The translations under genes were made by a program, and so were the position numbers. Below, one piece after another: positions 40,153-50,096 of a stretch of DNA of 64,000 bases (the stretch's first letter is position 1; each line of letters opens with the position of its first letter). The notes beneath the pieces were generated by a model. That model had not been told where the DNA came from. It saw only the letters and a list, made by a program, of their open reading frames with translations, and did no database searches. The stretch is from Pseudomonadota bacterium (lineage in GTDB: Bacteria > Bdellovibrionota_B > Oligoflexia > Silvanigrellales > Silvanigrellaceae), in assembly GCA_039799905.1 (NCBI GenBank), contig JBDLRP010000041.1:1-64000 (forward strand). The letters run 5' to 3'.

Positions 40153-40692
40153 TCAGGATGCTGCTGCAGAAGCAGTTCGTGTGTTGCAAGGCACCTTGAG
40201 CTCCTGCCTGAGACCGCAAATTCCCTCGCGCGCGGCCGCGCACACTGCCTGATAATTTCTGGAACTGAGCGAGGGCACGCTGAATACGGCAACAGCAATG
40301 GGGTTATCAAAAACAACCACAGGCAGGTAAATTCTGCCCTGTGAGAAGTCCATGCTCATTTCGCGCCCCGACAGAGCCAGTCCGCACTGCAGCCGATCCG
40401 CTTCAAGCAGGGAAAGTTCATTCAACTGTCCCAAGCCCGAGAATGACCGCCCCGCAGGATCGAAGGACACTATTCCTCCGACAGCTCCGATTCGCCGCGC
40501 GAACTCGTTGAGCATTTCAATGACCGGTTCGGGGCTCGAAAGTAGCAACGCCTCGACCTCGTCTTCGGCCCTCTTGGCAAGCACCAGCAATTCGCGCTGG
40601 AGTTCTTCCATCTGCAAGAAGATGTCGGCAGGTTTGCCAGCTTGCGCCTGTGCACTTTCGTCTTTTCTGGGCGATGAAGGCTTGCGTGTCAT
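40153..40692 (-). CDS. Coiled-coil plus GAF-like protein
   Basis: N-terminal heptads followed by 'IYLPVVVFDNPIAVAVF'. AGGAG RBS before MTRK. Confidence 0.55.
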   Translation of the reverse strand: MTRKPSSPRKDESAQAQAGKPADIFLQMEELQRELLVLAKRAEDEVEALLLSSPEPVIEMLNEFARRIGAVGGIVSFDPAGRSFSGLGQLNELSLLEADRLQCGLALSGREMSMDFSQGRIYLPVVVFDNPIAVAVFSVPSLSSRNYQAVCAAAREGICGLRQELKVPCNTRTASAAAS

Positions 40693-40919
40693 GTGCGAAG
40701 TCTCCTGTGACAATTCCCATCTTACCCGTTTTTTGCCCCTTGATAACGCAAGGAGTGACACCTTCCCGTCGGGTCAGATCTTGCCGGCTCCGCCGTTGAA
40801 CAACGCCGTTCATGCATTTTTGTGACAAATGACAATATCTTCCCCAAGGCCTATGCAAATTTCAGAATTTACAGTATTTTTCGAATGAATAACCGGTTTA
40901 TCAAAGGAAAAGGACCGAG

Positions 40920-41801
40920 ATGCTGCGGGTTCGACTTCTGACTGCATTTGTTTTTATCTTTGTTCTGCTCTGGTGTGTTTCCTTCAGCACCCACGAGATT
41001 ATCCCAGTCCTCTTCTTCATGTTTGGAACTCTGTTCGCCGGTGCGGAATTTATTGCCATGCGCTGGCACGTGATCGATGGACAGGCCTCCACAGAAAGGC
41101 CGCATCCCCTGCTGCGCCGTGAGCATTGGGGAATCGCCGCATGTTACGCCCTGTGTGTGCCGATTGAATTTTACGGCCCCAGATTACTAGGCCAACCGCC
41201 GGAATTCGGCACTTCGCTGGTGTTCGCATGGATTGCATTGTGCACGATCTGCGGCTCAGCGTTCTTCTACCGCCGCGAAATCGACCTTGAGCACTCAACG
41301 CACAAGCTCATGAACGTGCTGGCAGGGTTTGTCTACATCTCCATTCCGGGCGTCATCATGTTGAGGCTCAGTCAAATCAACATTGAGCAGGCGCCGAAGG
41401 GAATTGCTCTTTATTTCGCACTTGCCTGCATTCTGCTTGGTGATTCTGGAGCGTATTTTGTCGGCAGAACGATGGGACGCCACAAATTGATTCCAAAAGT
41501 TTCGCCCAAGAAAACAATTGAGGGTGCAATTGGCGGATTGGTCTTCAGCGCACTGACGGGGCTTTTCTTTTGCATTTATTTTATGAAGGAAATGTCGCCG
41601 GTGTGGGGTTTCGTAACGGCATTGGTGGTTGGCGCGGCCGGACAAGTCGGCGACCTCGCGGAGAGCGCTCTCAAACGAACTGCAAACGTCAAAGACAGCG
41701 GTAGCCTATTGCCGGGCCATGGCGGCATGCTTGACCGAATCGACTCCCTGCTGTTCGGTGTTCCACTGGCACACCTTTTGTTCCTGTCTTTCCATCGCTG
41801 A
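40920..41801 (+). CDS. cdsA: Phosphatidate cytidylyltransferase
   Basis: DSGAYFVG, SPKKTIEG, GDLAESALKR and KDSGSLLPGHGGMLDRIDS. Confidence 0.95.
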   Translation: MLRVRLLTAFVFIFVLLWCVSFSTHEIIPVLFFMFGTLFAGAEFIAMRWHVIDGQASTERPHPLLRREHWGIAACYALCVPIEFYGPRLLGQPPEFGTSLVFAWIALCTICGSAFFYRREIDLEHSTHKLMNVLAGFVYISIPGVIMLRLSQINIEQAPKGIALYFALACILLGDSGAYFVGRTMGRHKLIPKVSPKKTIEGAIGGLVFSALTGLFFCIYFMKEMSPVWGFVTALVVGAAGQVGDLAESALKRTANVKDSGSLLPGHGGMLDRIDSLLFGVPLAHLLFLSFHR

Positions 41802-41822
41802 AACGACACGAACTTTACCTGG

Positions 41823-42641
41823 TCAGGGTACGAAGACAACACGTCTGACGGACGGATAATCCTGACGCAGGGCTTCCAGAAAAAACACCGTGTGCATCTG
41901 ACCTTTTTGCAAACCAGCACAGCCATTGCATGATTCGAGCGGCAACGGGCTACTCAGACACGCGCCGTCTGCACGGTCGCAGGGAATCTGAGCGGGAATA
42001 AAGGCAACGGGGGTGGCGGCAACAAGGGCGTCTTCGTATTCTGCCCACACACCAGAATAAATCTGCAGACTGAGCAATGGACTCGGCGTAAACAGAACTT
42101 TGTCCGCCTCAATACTGAAGCTTGCTTCGCCCTGTTTTTCGGAAGTAAGAAAATTGCGCGCACCGCAACGCACCGACCAGTCGAGCAGCAGACTCTGTTC
42201 CGCAGTGGAAACCGCCGCTTGTTTCCGGCCAGCGCGTGCGTGTTTTAAAAGACATTCCACAAGCGGAGCGTACTCACAGGCCACCGCGCCCGCGGAAGTT
42301 CTGCAACCTGCAAATTTCCAAGCCTGCTGCCTCGCGGCGGGCGAGTCTCTCCATCCAAAGACTTGCGCTCCCGAACTCCCCTGAGCTGTCAGACGCAAAT
42401 CGAACGGAGCGGAGTTTTCAGCCAGCCGCACTGGATCATTGAAAAATCTGTGCACCGCGCGGATCTCGGCGAGCCGCGCTGAAAAATCTTCGGATGAAGA
42501 ATTAGTCTCGTCAGACAATAGCCGTCCTGATGGCAAAACCAGCTCGAGCTTCCAAGTTTTTTCCAGAACAGGCTCAGAAGTGTCTGCGGCACATGCGGTC
42601 AAGAAGAGAGAAAAAAAATTTATAGTTAAATTCTTTATCAC
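41823..42641 (-). CDS. Hypothetical Cys-rich lipoprotein
   Basis: Lipobox LTAC and a 272-aa ORF. Confidence 0.65.
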   Translation of the reverse strand: MIKNLTINFFSLFLTACAADTSEPVLEKTWKLELVLPSGRLLSDETNSSSEDFSARLAEIRAVHRFFNDPVRLAENSAPFDLRLTAQGSSGAQVFGWRDSPAARQQAWKFAGCRTSAGAVACEYAPLVECLLKHARAGRKQAAVSTAEQSLLLDWSVRCGARNFLTSEKQGEASFSIEADKVLFTPSPLLSLQIYSGVWAEYEDALVAATPVAFIPAQIPCDRADGACLSSPLPLESCNGCAGLQKGQMHTVFFLEALRQDYPSVRRVVFVP

Positions 42642-42668
42642 AACAATTCTCTCTCCGCTCAGACGAAT

Positions 42669-43250
42669 TCAGAATTCAAAATGATAGTGAACAGACAACT
42701 GTGTTGTGGCAGTGGTAAAACTCGTTTGTGTTGCTGGAAGCAGAACTCCGCCGAAACCAGTTTCAAGCGAAGTTGAAATTTCTCGCAGCAGGGAAACTTC
42801 GACACCGAGTCCGGCGGCAAAAATTGTCGATGTCTCGCGCTTGCTCTTTTCCGACAATTTCTCGGTCAACATCCCTGACTGAAGAAAGGCATACGGAAAA
42901 CTCTTTCCCCAGCCGGCAGAAAGCATTTGATTCCACTTTGCGAACACACCGAAAGACTCGGATTTGCCGGTGCGGTCTGTGCTAAAGTTGATAGCCGCGG
43001 AAGCGAATCCACCATCGATGAGTTCGTGGCGAATGCCGAGGGCCGGACTTCCCCACACTGAACCGCCTTGCGGAAATCCGGCTGACAAAGACCATGGTCC
43101 AAGTGCAGAGTACTGCCCCTGAGGTTGCTGTGGTTCGATGGAAGCCGGAGCAGAAAAAGCCTCGGGCGAAGAGAAGAAAACGAACTTAGAGATCAGTGTC
43201 CAGAAAAGCATCGGACGGGCGAATTTGCTGCGAACTCCCTGCACTGCCAA
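42669..43250 (-). CDS. Small outer-membrane beta-barrel protein
   Basis: Signal peptide, alternating amphipathic strands and C-terminal VHYHFEF. Confidence 0.65.
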   Translation of the reverse strand: MAVQGVRSKFARPMLFWTLISKFVFFSSPEAFSAPASIEPQQPQGQYSALGPWSLSAGFPQGGSVWGSPALGIRHELIDGGFASAAINFSTDRTGKSESFGVFAKWNQMLSAGWGKSFPYAFLQSGMLTEKLSEKSKRETSTIFAAGLGVEVSLLREISTSLETGFGGVLLPATQTSFTTATTQLSVHYHFEF

Positions 43251-44613
43251 CCTCGCGCTGCACTAGGTTTTTAAACGAGTCACAGAATCGCAGCATCAGC
43301 TCGAGACTTTGGCCGTAATTGAGGCGGGGATCGCAGTAGGACTGGTAGTTGAGCGAAAGGTGGCTCTCGCTCACACCGACGTCGCCGCCGACACACTCCG
43401 TAACATCTTCAGCCGTGATCTCCAGATGCAAACCACCCAACCACGAACCCATGTCATGATGAATGTTTTGCGAAACCAGAACCTCGCTCATGATGCTATC
43501 AAAATATCGGGTTTTCACACCGTCAGACATTCTGACGATATTGCCGTGCATCGGGTCGCAAGACCACGTAACGCACAAACCGGCGTTGCGGACAGCACTC
43601 AGCAAGGCTGGCAGAAGATCGCCGACGAGTGAGGCACCGAAGCGGGTGATGAGAGTTATTCTTCCCCACTCGTTGGCGGGGTTGAGGTGCCGGATCAGTT
43701 GGACGAGTTCTTCGGGAGCCATCGTCGGGCCGACCTTGATTCCAATCGGATTGGAGATTCCCCGCAGATACTCGGCGTGCGCGCCTTCGGGATCGCGGGT
43801 TCTTTCACCCAGCCAGAGAAAATGACTGCCCAGATTGAAATAGCCGGAGTGCTCATCCACATGACGTGTCAATGCCGCCTCGTATGGGAGCAACAATGAC
43901 TCGTGAGATGTGTAGACAGGCTGACGGAACTGCTGCATCGCAGCCGGATGCTCCTGCACCCACAGCTCCAATATGGCAATCGCATCCTCGAGCCGTTCTT
44001 TGATATCTTCGAAAATTGCCGACTCCGGAGCACGCTCATGATGAAGCGACCAGCGCCTCAGACTGCTCAAATGCGACAATCCGCTCTCACTGAGGGCACG
44101 CATCCAGTTGAGGGTCGCACATGCGCATTGGTAGGCATCGAGCATGCGATGCGGATCCGGCCTTCGCGCTGCGGGTGAAAATTCAAAACCGTTGATGATG
44201 TCGCCGCGATAACTTGGCAGCGTCACTCCGTCGCGGGTTTCGCTGTCATCTGAACGAGGCTTGCCGAATTGTCCAGCGAGGCGACCCAACGCAACAACGG
44301 GGCGGCGCAAACCATGCGCGGTAATCAAGCCCATCTGCAGTAGTATTTTTAGCTTTTCGGAAATGACTTCGGACTGACAGTCAATGAAGCGCTCGGCACA
44401 CTCGCCAGCCTGAATCACAAACCGACGCCCCTGCCCTGCTTCACCAATCTGAGTCTTTAGTTTGAGGATTTCCGACGGATGCACGAGCGGAGGACGCTGC
44501 TCGAGCTGTCTGACCACTCTGTTGAACTCAGCCTCGTCAGGATAAACTGGAAGTTGCTGCACTGGCCGCAGCTTCCACGAATCTGGTTTCCATGACGATG
44601 GGTTCACAATCAC
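43186..44613 (-). CDS. Class II DAHP synthase (3-deoxy-7-phosphoheptulonate synthase)
   Basis: GECAE, GQFGKPRS, SYRGDIING, LWLGERTR, CDPMHGN and CDPRLN. Confidence 0.95.
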   Translation of the reverse strand: MIVNPSSWKPDSWKLRPVQQLPVYPDEAEFNRVVRQLEQRPPLVHPSEILKLKTQIGEAGQGRRFVIQAGECAERFIDCQSEVISEKLKILLQMGLITAHGLRRPVVALGRLAGQFGKPRSDDSETRDGVTLPSYRGDIINGFEFSPAARRPDPHRMLDAYQCACATLNWMRALSESGLSHLSSLRRWSLHHERAPESAIFEDIKERLEDAIAILELWVQEHPAAMQQFRQPVYTSHESLLLPYEAALTRHVDEHSGYFNLGSHFLWLGERTRDPEGAHAEYLRGISNPIGIKVGPTMAPEELVQLIRHLNPANEWGRITLITRFGASLVGDLLPALLSAVRNAGLCVTWSCDPMHGNIVRMSDGVKTRYFDSIMSEVLVSQNIHHDMGSWLGGLHLEITAEDVTECVGGDVGVSESHLSLNYQSYCDPRLNYGQSLELMLRFCDSFKNLVQREVGSAGSSQQIRPSDAFLDTDL

Positions 44614-44860
44614 TCGGAGTCCTCGAAATTCATATGACTATCGGCCAAACGGCCGTAGCCCTTGCCCGTGGCACGCTAGCCGTGTCAGCCGCCCTTTGCA
44701 ACACATCTTCTTGACGGGATGGGCATTTCAGAATTCGCCAAGCACCAAATAACACTATGTATTTTAAAAATAAATATCTCTGCGGTTGAAGAACCGCGGG
44801 CAATTCCGTCGGTAAAACTAATCACACGGCAACTTTAAAGCCGCCCTCCGGAGGTACCAA

Positions 44861-46423
44861 CTACACCGCCGCCTTGCTGCGGAGTTTCATCAACGCAGTC
44901 GCCATTTCCTCGGGATACATGACGTCATCGGCTGCACCTGCGGCGATGGCTGCCTGCGGAACAAACGCAAACGAGCTCGCATCCGGATGAATGACCACCG
45001 TCCGCACTCCGGCATCGCGAAGCTTGATCAGGCCTTGCACTCCGTCGCTGCCGAATCCGCCCAGTAAAATTGCGATGACTCCTGCACAAGCAGACTTGCT
45101 GAACGCTTGCGCCGAAGATTCGAACAAAACCTCGCTGGACGGTATCTGCAGACACACCGGCGGTCTTGCGCGCAAGCGCATCACAATCTTGCCCGCGGAG
45201 TTCTCCAACGACAAATGCTGGTCGGCCGGTGCGAAATAGACCGTACCGCGCATCGGCATAAGCCCGTCTTCTGCCGGACGGAGTTGCAACCCGCAGATGT
45301 TTTTCCACTTATTAATGAAGACATTCAAATGTGCGGCCACAGAACTGACGGCAACAAGCACAGGTGGCGTGTCGCGTGGCAGAGTCTTGAGAAGTACCGA
45401 CAATTCATTGTGCGCGCCGCCATTGCCACCAACGAGAATTGTATGAATACCTTCGCCGGCGCGCGTCGACGTGTGGGCCGCAACAGTGCGTGGCGGGGTT
45501 GCGACACGCGCGGTTTTTCCAACCCGATCTGCGGAGCTGGCTGCAGCAATAACTTTTTGAACAAGATTCTCGGCAAAAAATCGCAACGAATTCGGGTCAT
45601 ACTGGTCCGGCTTCTGGACAAACTCCAATGCACCAAGCTCCAATGCACGCACTGCTGCATCGTCATCAGGATTCAATGAAGACACCATGATCGTCGGAAT
45701 TGGAAGGTGCTGCATCAGCTTTTCAAGAAATTTGACCCCCGACATTCCCGGCATCTCGATATCGAGAAGCACCACGTCCGGACGGTGTTTAACGATAACT
45801 TCACGAGCCTCGAAGGCATCTCTTGCGACGGCGACAACCTCAATTTTTCCGGATTGACTCAGAACCCTGCTGAAAATTGTTCTAACAGCGGCAGAATCAT
45901 CGACAACCACCGCCCTGACGCTTCGGCGCAGCAGAGCAGAGCTCGTTCCTGACAATGACACGCTTGTCCTGTCGTTCATCAACTGGTGTTCAACCGAAAA
46001 ATCTGCGGTGTTGAAAATAATCTTGCGCCCGGCCGTGCCGCCCGTCTCCTGAGCAGAAACTGGAATTCTGTGCGCAGCCAGCACGCGGGTTGCAAAATCG
46101 ATGTTCTGCTTGCCGATGCTCTCACCCAAATTGAGGTTGTCGAGAACACGCGCACCGCCGTAAACTTTTGCCTGCAGCCTTTGAAGATCAGCTCCGGCTT
46201 CCTGCATCGAAAGAAGCATCTGCGCAAATGAGACACTCCCATAGCGGAGATTCGCCTCGCCGCCAGCAGTGGTTGGTTCGGGAAGAAGGTAATGATTGAC
46301 AGCGCCAATCCGGCGGACGGGATCAAACAAAACGATCGCAACACACGAACCAAGAATGGTAGTCACCAAACAAGGTTCACGGTAGACGACATACTGCCCC
46401 GGAAACAGGTAGTGGGATTTCAT
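44861..46423 (-). CDS. CheD-REC-CheB fusion; methylesterase domain appears catalytically dead
   Basis: CheD motifs TILGSCV and NHYLLP; REC motifs VVDDS, LLDIEMP and KP. CheB motifs read VGGNGG (for GASTGG), AVSSV (for VQHMP) and GGFGSDG. Confidence 0.88.
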   Translation of the reverse strand: MKSHYLFPGQYVVYREPCLVTTILGSCVAIVLFDPVRRIGAVNHYLLPEPTTAGGEANLRYGSVSFAQMLLSMQEAGADLQRLQAKVYGGARVLDNLNLGESIGKQNIDFATRVLAAHRIPVSAQETGGTAGRKIIFNTADFSVEHQLMNDRTSVSLSGTSSALLRRSVRAVVVDDSAAVRTIFSRVLSQSGKIEVVAVARDAFEAREVIVKHRPDVVLLDIEMPGMSGVKFLEKLMQHLPIPTIMVSSLNPDDDAAVRALELGALEFVQKPDQYDPNSLRFFAENLVQKVIAAASSADRVGKTARVATPPRTVAAHTSTRAGEGIHTILVGGNGGAHNELSVLLKTLPRDTPPVLVAVSSVAAHLNVFINKWKNICGLQLRPAEDGLMPMRGTVYFAPADQHLSLENSAGKIVMRLRARPPVCLQIPSSEVLFESSAQAFSKSACAGVIAILLGGFGSDGVQGLIKLRDAGVRTVVIHPDASSFAFVPQAAIAAGAADDVMYPEEMATALMKLRSKAAV

Positions 46424-46876
46424 TTAAGCCACTCGCCGCACATCCATCATCAAAACAGATTCCTGTTCGACAATGCATAGATGACTTACGAGCAGTTGTG
46501 AATCATCAAGCTTATGCAGATCTTCGACAGGAAAATCCTGAACGTGCAGCATCTTTTCAACCCAGAGACCAAACTTACGCCGGCCATCATTGACCACGAT
46601 GATGCATCCTTGTCCGGACTGCGCTTCGCCCACTTCACCTTTTCCGAGCAATGAGGCCAGATGATAAATTGTAAAAACAATTCCGCGCAGGTTGACCACG
46701 CCCAACACATTGTCTCTGCGGATTGGCAGGGTATTCCAGCGGCGCGACTCAAGTACTTCGACTACTTGAGACATCGGAATTCCGAATTTTTGTTCGCCGA
46801 CCTGAATCAGAAGGTATCCTTGGTGCGGCCCCTTCGCCTTCTTCTCTTCAAGAGCTTCCTGTACGATATTCATCAT
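46424..46876 (-). CDS. cheW: CheW
   Basis: FGIPMSQVVEV, GVVNLRG and GLWVE. Confidence 0.9.
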   Translation of the reverse strand: MMNIVQEALEEKKAKGPHQGYLLIQVGEQKFGIPMSQVVEVLESRRWNTLPIRRDNVLGVVNLRGIVFTIYHLASLLGKGEVGEAQSGQGCIIVVNDGRRKFGLWVEKMLHVQDFPVEDLHKLDDSQLLVSHLCIVEQESVLMMDVRRVA

Positions 46877-46885
46877 AAGAACTCC

Positions 46886-49063
46886 TTATGCCGCATAAGC
46901 TTCGTTGACGAGAGATTCGGCGTCCAGAACAAAGGCAACGTGCTCCGAATCGAGAAGGCTTGTCCCCTTGAACCCGACCAGCTTCTCAACGACATTGTCA
47001 AAAGGCCGGACAACAGCCTCCAGCTGGTCGATGACCTTATCGACAACCAACGCCAGTGAGTGATTCTTGTGGCTGATTATCAGTACCAAAGCGTCAGGAG
47101 AAAAGTCTTTTTTATCGAGAGCGCTGCCGTGCAGCGGCGACTCAATGAACGAGCGGTAGTCTCCCAGCGGAATTGTGGAACCCTCATGCTGGCAGGTCAT
47201 CCGGCCGTCGACTTTTGAAAGGATCAACTCTTTGACCGGTGCGATTTTTGAAATGCTCACAAGCGGAATCACAATCTGATGGCCGCCACTTTCAGCAAGT
47301 AGGGTATTTTCCACGAGAACAGTTTTGGGAATCGGAATTTTAAGAACAATTCTGCTTCCGACACGCGGCGTGGATTCGACAGTGACTGTTCCACCCAACC
47401 GCGAAATTTCAGTTCTGACCACATCCATGCCGACACCACGGCCTGAGACGTTAGTCACCTTTTCAGCAGTTGAAAATCCTGGAAGGAAGATAAGATCAAT
47501 GACTTCAGCATCCGTCATTCTGAACGCAGAATCTCGGTCGACTAGTCCTTTTTCAATTGCTTTTCGGCGAACGCGATCGGCATCGATACCGGCGCCGTCA
47601 TCATTGATGGTGATGTGAATTTTTTCACCGATCTGGGTCGCCTCTACCTGAATCATTCCCTGTTCAGACTTTCCACAGTCGCGTCTCATCTGAGCCGCCT
47701 CAATCCCGTGGTCCACGGAATTGCGCAGCACGTGCACCAATGAGCTCGACAGTGCCTTCGCGATACTTTTGTCGACACCCAAATCGATTCCCGTCATTTC
47801 GAGGCGAACCTGTTTACCCAAATCCTGCGAAGCCTGGCGGACGACGCGCGGAAACTTCTGAAATGCGACTTTCAACTGAACCTTTCGCACTTCCATAATC
47901 TGCGCCTGAATCTGTTCGGATATCTTGTCGAGCGACTGGTTCATCTCCTCCAGACGCTGTTTTTGCTCGATAGGGATCGCCAGTTTAGAGACCTGCTTGA
48001 TAGTCGCGTGATACGCGTTTTTCAAAACTACCAATTCTCCGGAGAGCTCCATAAATGAATTGAGTTTGTCAATTGTTACCAAGATTCCGTCTTCTTCATC
48101 ATCGCTGACAGATTGCCCGGGATCGACAGGTGCAAAAGAAAAATTTGAAAGAGCCGCGGATTGAGCTTCGTGGGTTTCAGAGGCTTGCTGTACCGAAGGC
48201 TGGACTTCCTCTGCGCCAGCGCCGGCAGAAGCTTCAGAGGCCGGCGATTTTGAAATACCAGCCACAGCCCCCGCACGTCCCTCAGTCCATTGATTGAGAG
48301 CATCGATAAAGGGCTGCAAATTGATTTTTGTTTCTTTGAAATTTTCAAAGTCCGTAACCAGATTCTTGACCACGTCGGCAGCCTGCAGGAGCACGTGCGT
48401 GAGGCTCTGAGAAGGAACGAGCTTGCCTTTTTTTATAGCCTGCAGAAGATTTTCATAAGCATGGGTCACGGCACTGATTTTTTCCGCACCCTGAAAGGCT
48501 CCTGCCGACCCTTTCAGGGTATGAGCCTTGCGGAACAAAACGTCGATTACGTCCGATTGACCGGAACTATCCTCAAGCTTGAAAATCAACCCTTCGATAT
48601 CTCGCAGCAATTCGTTTGCCTCGTCGCAAAATATCTTGCGGATGAATTTGAGCTCTTCTTGATCCTGTTCGATTTCTTTTTGTCGCTGCGTAACAAAGGT
48701 CGCCGCCATATCATACAGCCGACCCAAATCCTGTGGTTTTTCGAGAAGGTCATCTATTCCGTGCCGGAGCCCCTCGAGCACTGTCTGCTTGTCCGCATAT
48801 CCGGTCAGGATAACAAACTTAAGCCTCGGAAACTCTTCTTTTGCACGTCTGCAGAGCTCAATTCCATTCATTCCGGGCATACGGTAGTCGCTGACCACAG
48901 CGAAGCAAACCCGCTCGCGCATCGCAACCAACGCGTCTTCTGCTGTGCAGACCGCGAGCACGGGGCACCCGAGTCCATCGAGAGTTTCGCAGATCGCTTC
49001 CCTGAGCTCAGTGTCGTCTTCGACAACCAAAAGAGTCTCTGTGATTTTAAAGGAAGCGTTCAT
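46886..49063 (-). CDS. cheA: CheA with N-terminal receiver domain
   Basis: REC (VVEDD, SDYRMPGMNG, LTG, KP), then Hpt FRKAHTLKG, HVLRNSVDHG, GFSTA, GRGVGMDVV and a CheW domain. Confidence 0.93.
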   Translation of the reverse strand: MNASFKITETLLVVEDDTELREAICETLDGLGCPVLAVCTAEDALVAMRERVCFAVVSDYRMPGMNGIELCRRAKEEFPRLKFVILTGYADKQTVLEGLRHGIDDLLEKPQDLGRLYDMAATFVTQRQKEIEQDQEELKFIRKIFCDEANELLRDIEGLIFKLEDSSGQSDVIDVLFRKAHTLKGSAGAFQGAEKISAVTHAYENLLQAIKKGKLVPSQSLTHVLLQAADVVKNLVTDFENFKETKINLQPFIDALNQWTEGRAGAVAGISKSPASEASAGAGAEEVQPSVQQASETHEAQSAALSNFSFAPVDPGQSVSDDEEDGILVTIDKLNSFMELSGELVVLKNAYHATIKQVSKLAIPIEQKQRLEEMNQSLDKISEQIQAQIMEVRKVQLKVAFQKFPRVVRQASQDLGKQVRLEMTGIDLGVDKSIAKALSSSLVHVLRNSVDHGIEAAQMRRDCGKSEQGMIQVEATQIGEKIHITINDDGAGIDADRVRRKAIEKGLVDRDSAFRMTDAEVIDLIFLPGFSTAEKVTNVSGRGVGMDVVRTEISRLGGTVTVESTPRVGSRIVLKIPIPKTVLVENTLLAESGGHQIVIPLVSISKIAPVKELILSKVDGRMTCQHEGSTIPLGDYRSFIESPLHGSALDKKDFSPDALVLIISHKNHSLALVVDKVIDQLEAVVRPFDNVVEKLVGFKGTSLLDSEHVAFVLDAESLVNEAYAA

Positions 49064-50007
49064 GCTGCTTCTCCTTTTTGTTTGGCAGGCAGTCGCTCGT
49101 AGACTGCGGCAGCTCTCGACTTCAATGAAGGGCTGACGCCCATAATTGTTTCTGAATGTCCGATGAAGAGGTATCCACCGATGCGCAGTGCGCCCTCGAG
49201 TTTCTTGATGGTGGATTGAATCTGCGGCTTATCAAAATAGATCATCACGTTTCTGCAGAATATAATGTCGAATTTATTTTGAAATGTGTAGTCCGGAGTC
49301 ATCAGATTGAAGGGTGCAAAGGTGATCATGTCTCTGATGGCTCGCCTGACTCGCACGAATTCGGACGACTTACCCTTACCCTGCTCAAAGTACATTCCCC
49401 TGAACTCAGAAGGAACACTCTCCAGCGCGGTTGCCGGATATACCCCGCGCGCGGCTTTGCCCAAAATTTCGCGGTCGATATCTGAGGCAAGCATATGCAC
49501 GGCCCAATTCTCTGAAGAAGGCAGGCTGTTTCTGATCACCATAGCTATTGAATAGGGTTCTTCGCCTGAACTGCAGGCTGCGCACCAGATGCGCAATTCC
49601 CTGCTCTTCCTTTTCTCGGGACTTGCACAGATCTCGCGAATGAGCTTCGTGAGTACAGTGTAATGCTGAGGTTCGCGAAAAAAGTGTGTGGTATTTGTCG
49701 TAATTGCACTAACAAATATGCTTTTTATTTCGTCGCGGCCGCTGATCAGTGCGGCATAGAGTTCCTGATAGTTTTTGAAGCCCAGCGCAGGCATTACCTT
49801 GCTCATCCGGGTGGCAAGAAGGGTCTGATTCTTCGCAGATAAAGTCAGATTGATCCCCGTTTCTTGCCGAAGATAGTCGGCAATTCGGGAAAACCCGCTG
49901 ACATCATCCTCCAGTTGCTTGAGGCTGAACGCCTCGTTAACCCCCGACACAACACCTCCCTCGTGATCTACAACCGGGTTATCGGCAGTGTTTTTTGAAA
50001 AACTCAT
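49060..50007 (-). CDS. cheR: Chemoreceptor methyltransferase CheR
   Basis: TTNTTHFFRE, WCAACSSGEEPYS and FCRNVMIYF. Confidence 0.95.
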   Translation of the reverse strand: MSFSKNTADNPVVDHEGGVVSGVNEAFSLKQLEDDVSGFSRIADYLRQETGINLTLSAKNQTLLATRMSKVMPALGFKNYQELYAALISGRDEIKSIFVSAITTNTTHFFREPQHYTVLTKLIREICASPEKRKSRELRIWCAACSSGEEPYSIAMVIRNSLPSSENWAVHMLASDIDREILGKAARGVYPATALESVPSEFRGMYFEQGKGKSSEFVRVRRAIRDMITFAPFNLMTPDYTFQNKFDIIFCRNVMIYFDKPQIQSTIKKLEGALRIGGYLFIGHSETIMGVSPSLKSRAAAVYERLPAKQKGEAA

Positions 50008-50096
50008 GTCAAATACCCGACGACTGGTTCAAATAGGTCGGAAATTTTTCACCAAAGTTCCGATACCAAGAGTGACTCAGTGTCGGGAGGCAAATC

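Noticed and set aside
48290..49102. 270-aa + strand ORF
   Set aside because: Antisense to REC-cheA; a codon-bias shadow.
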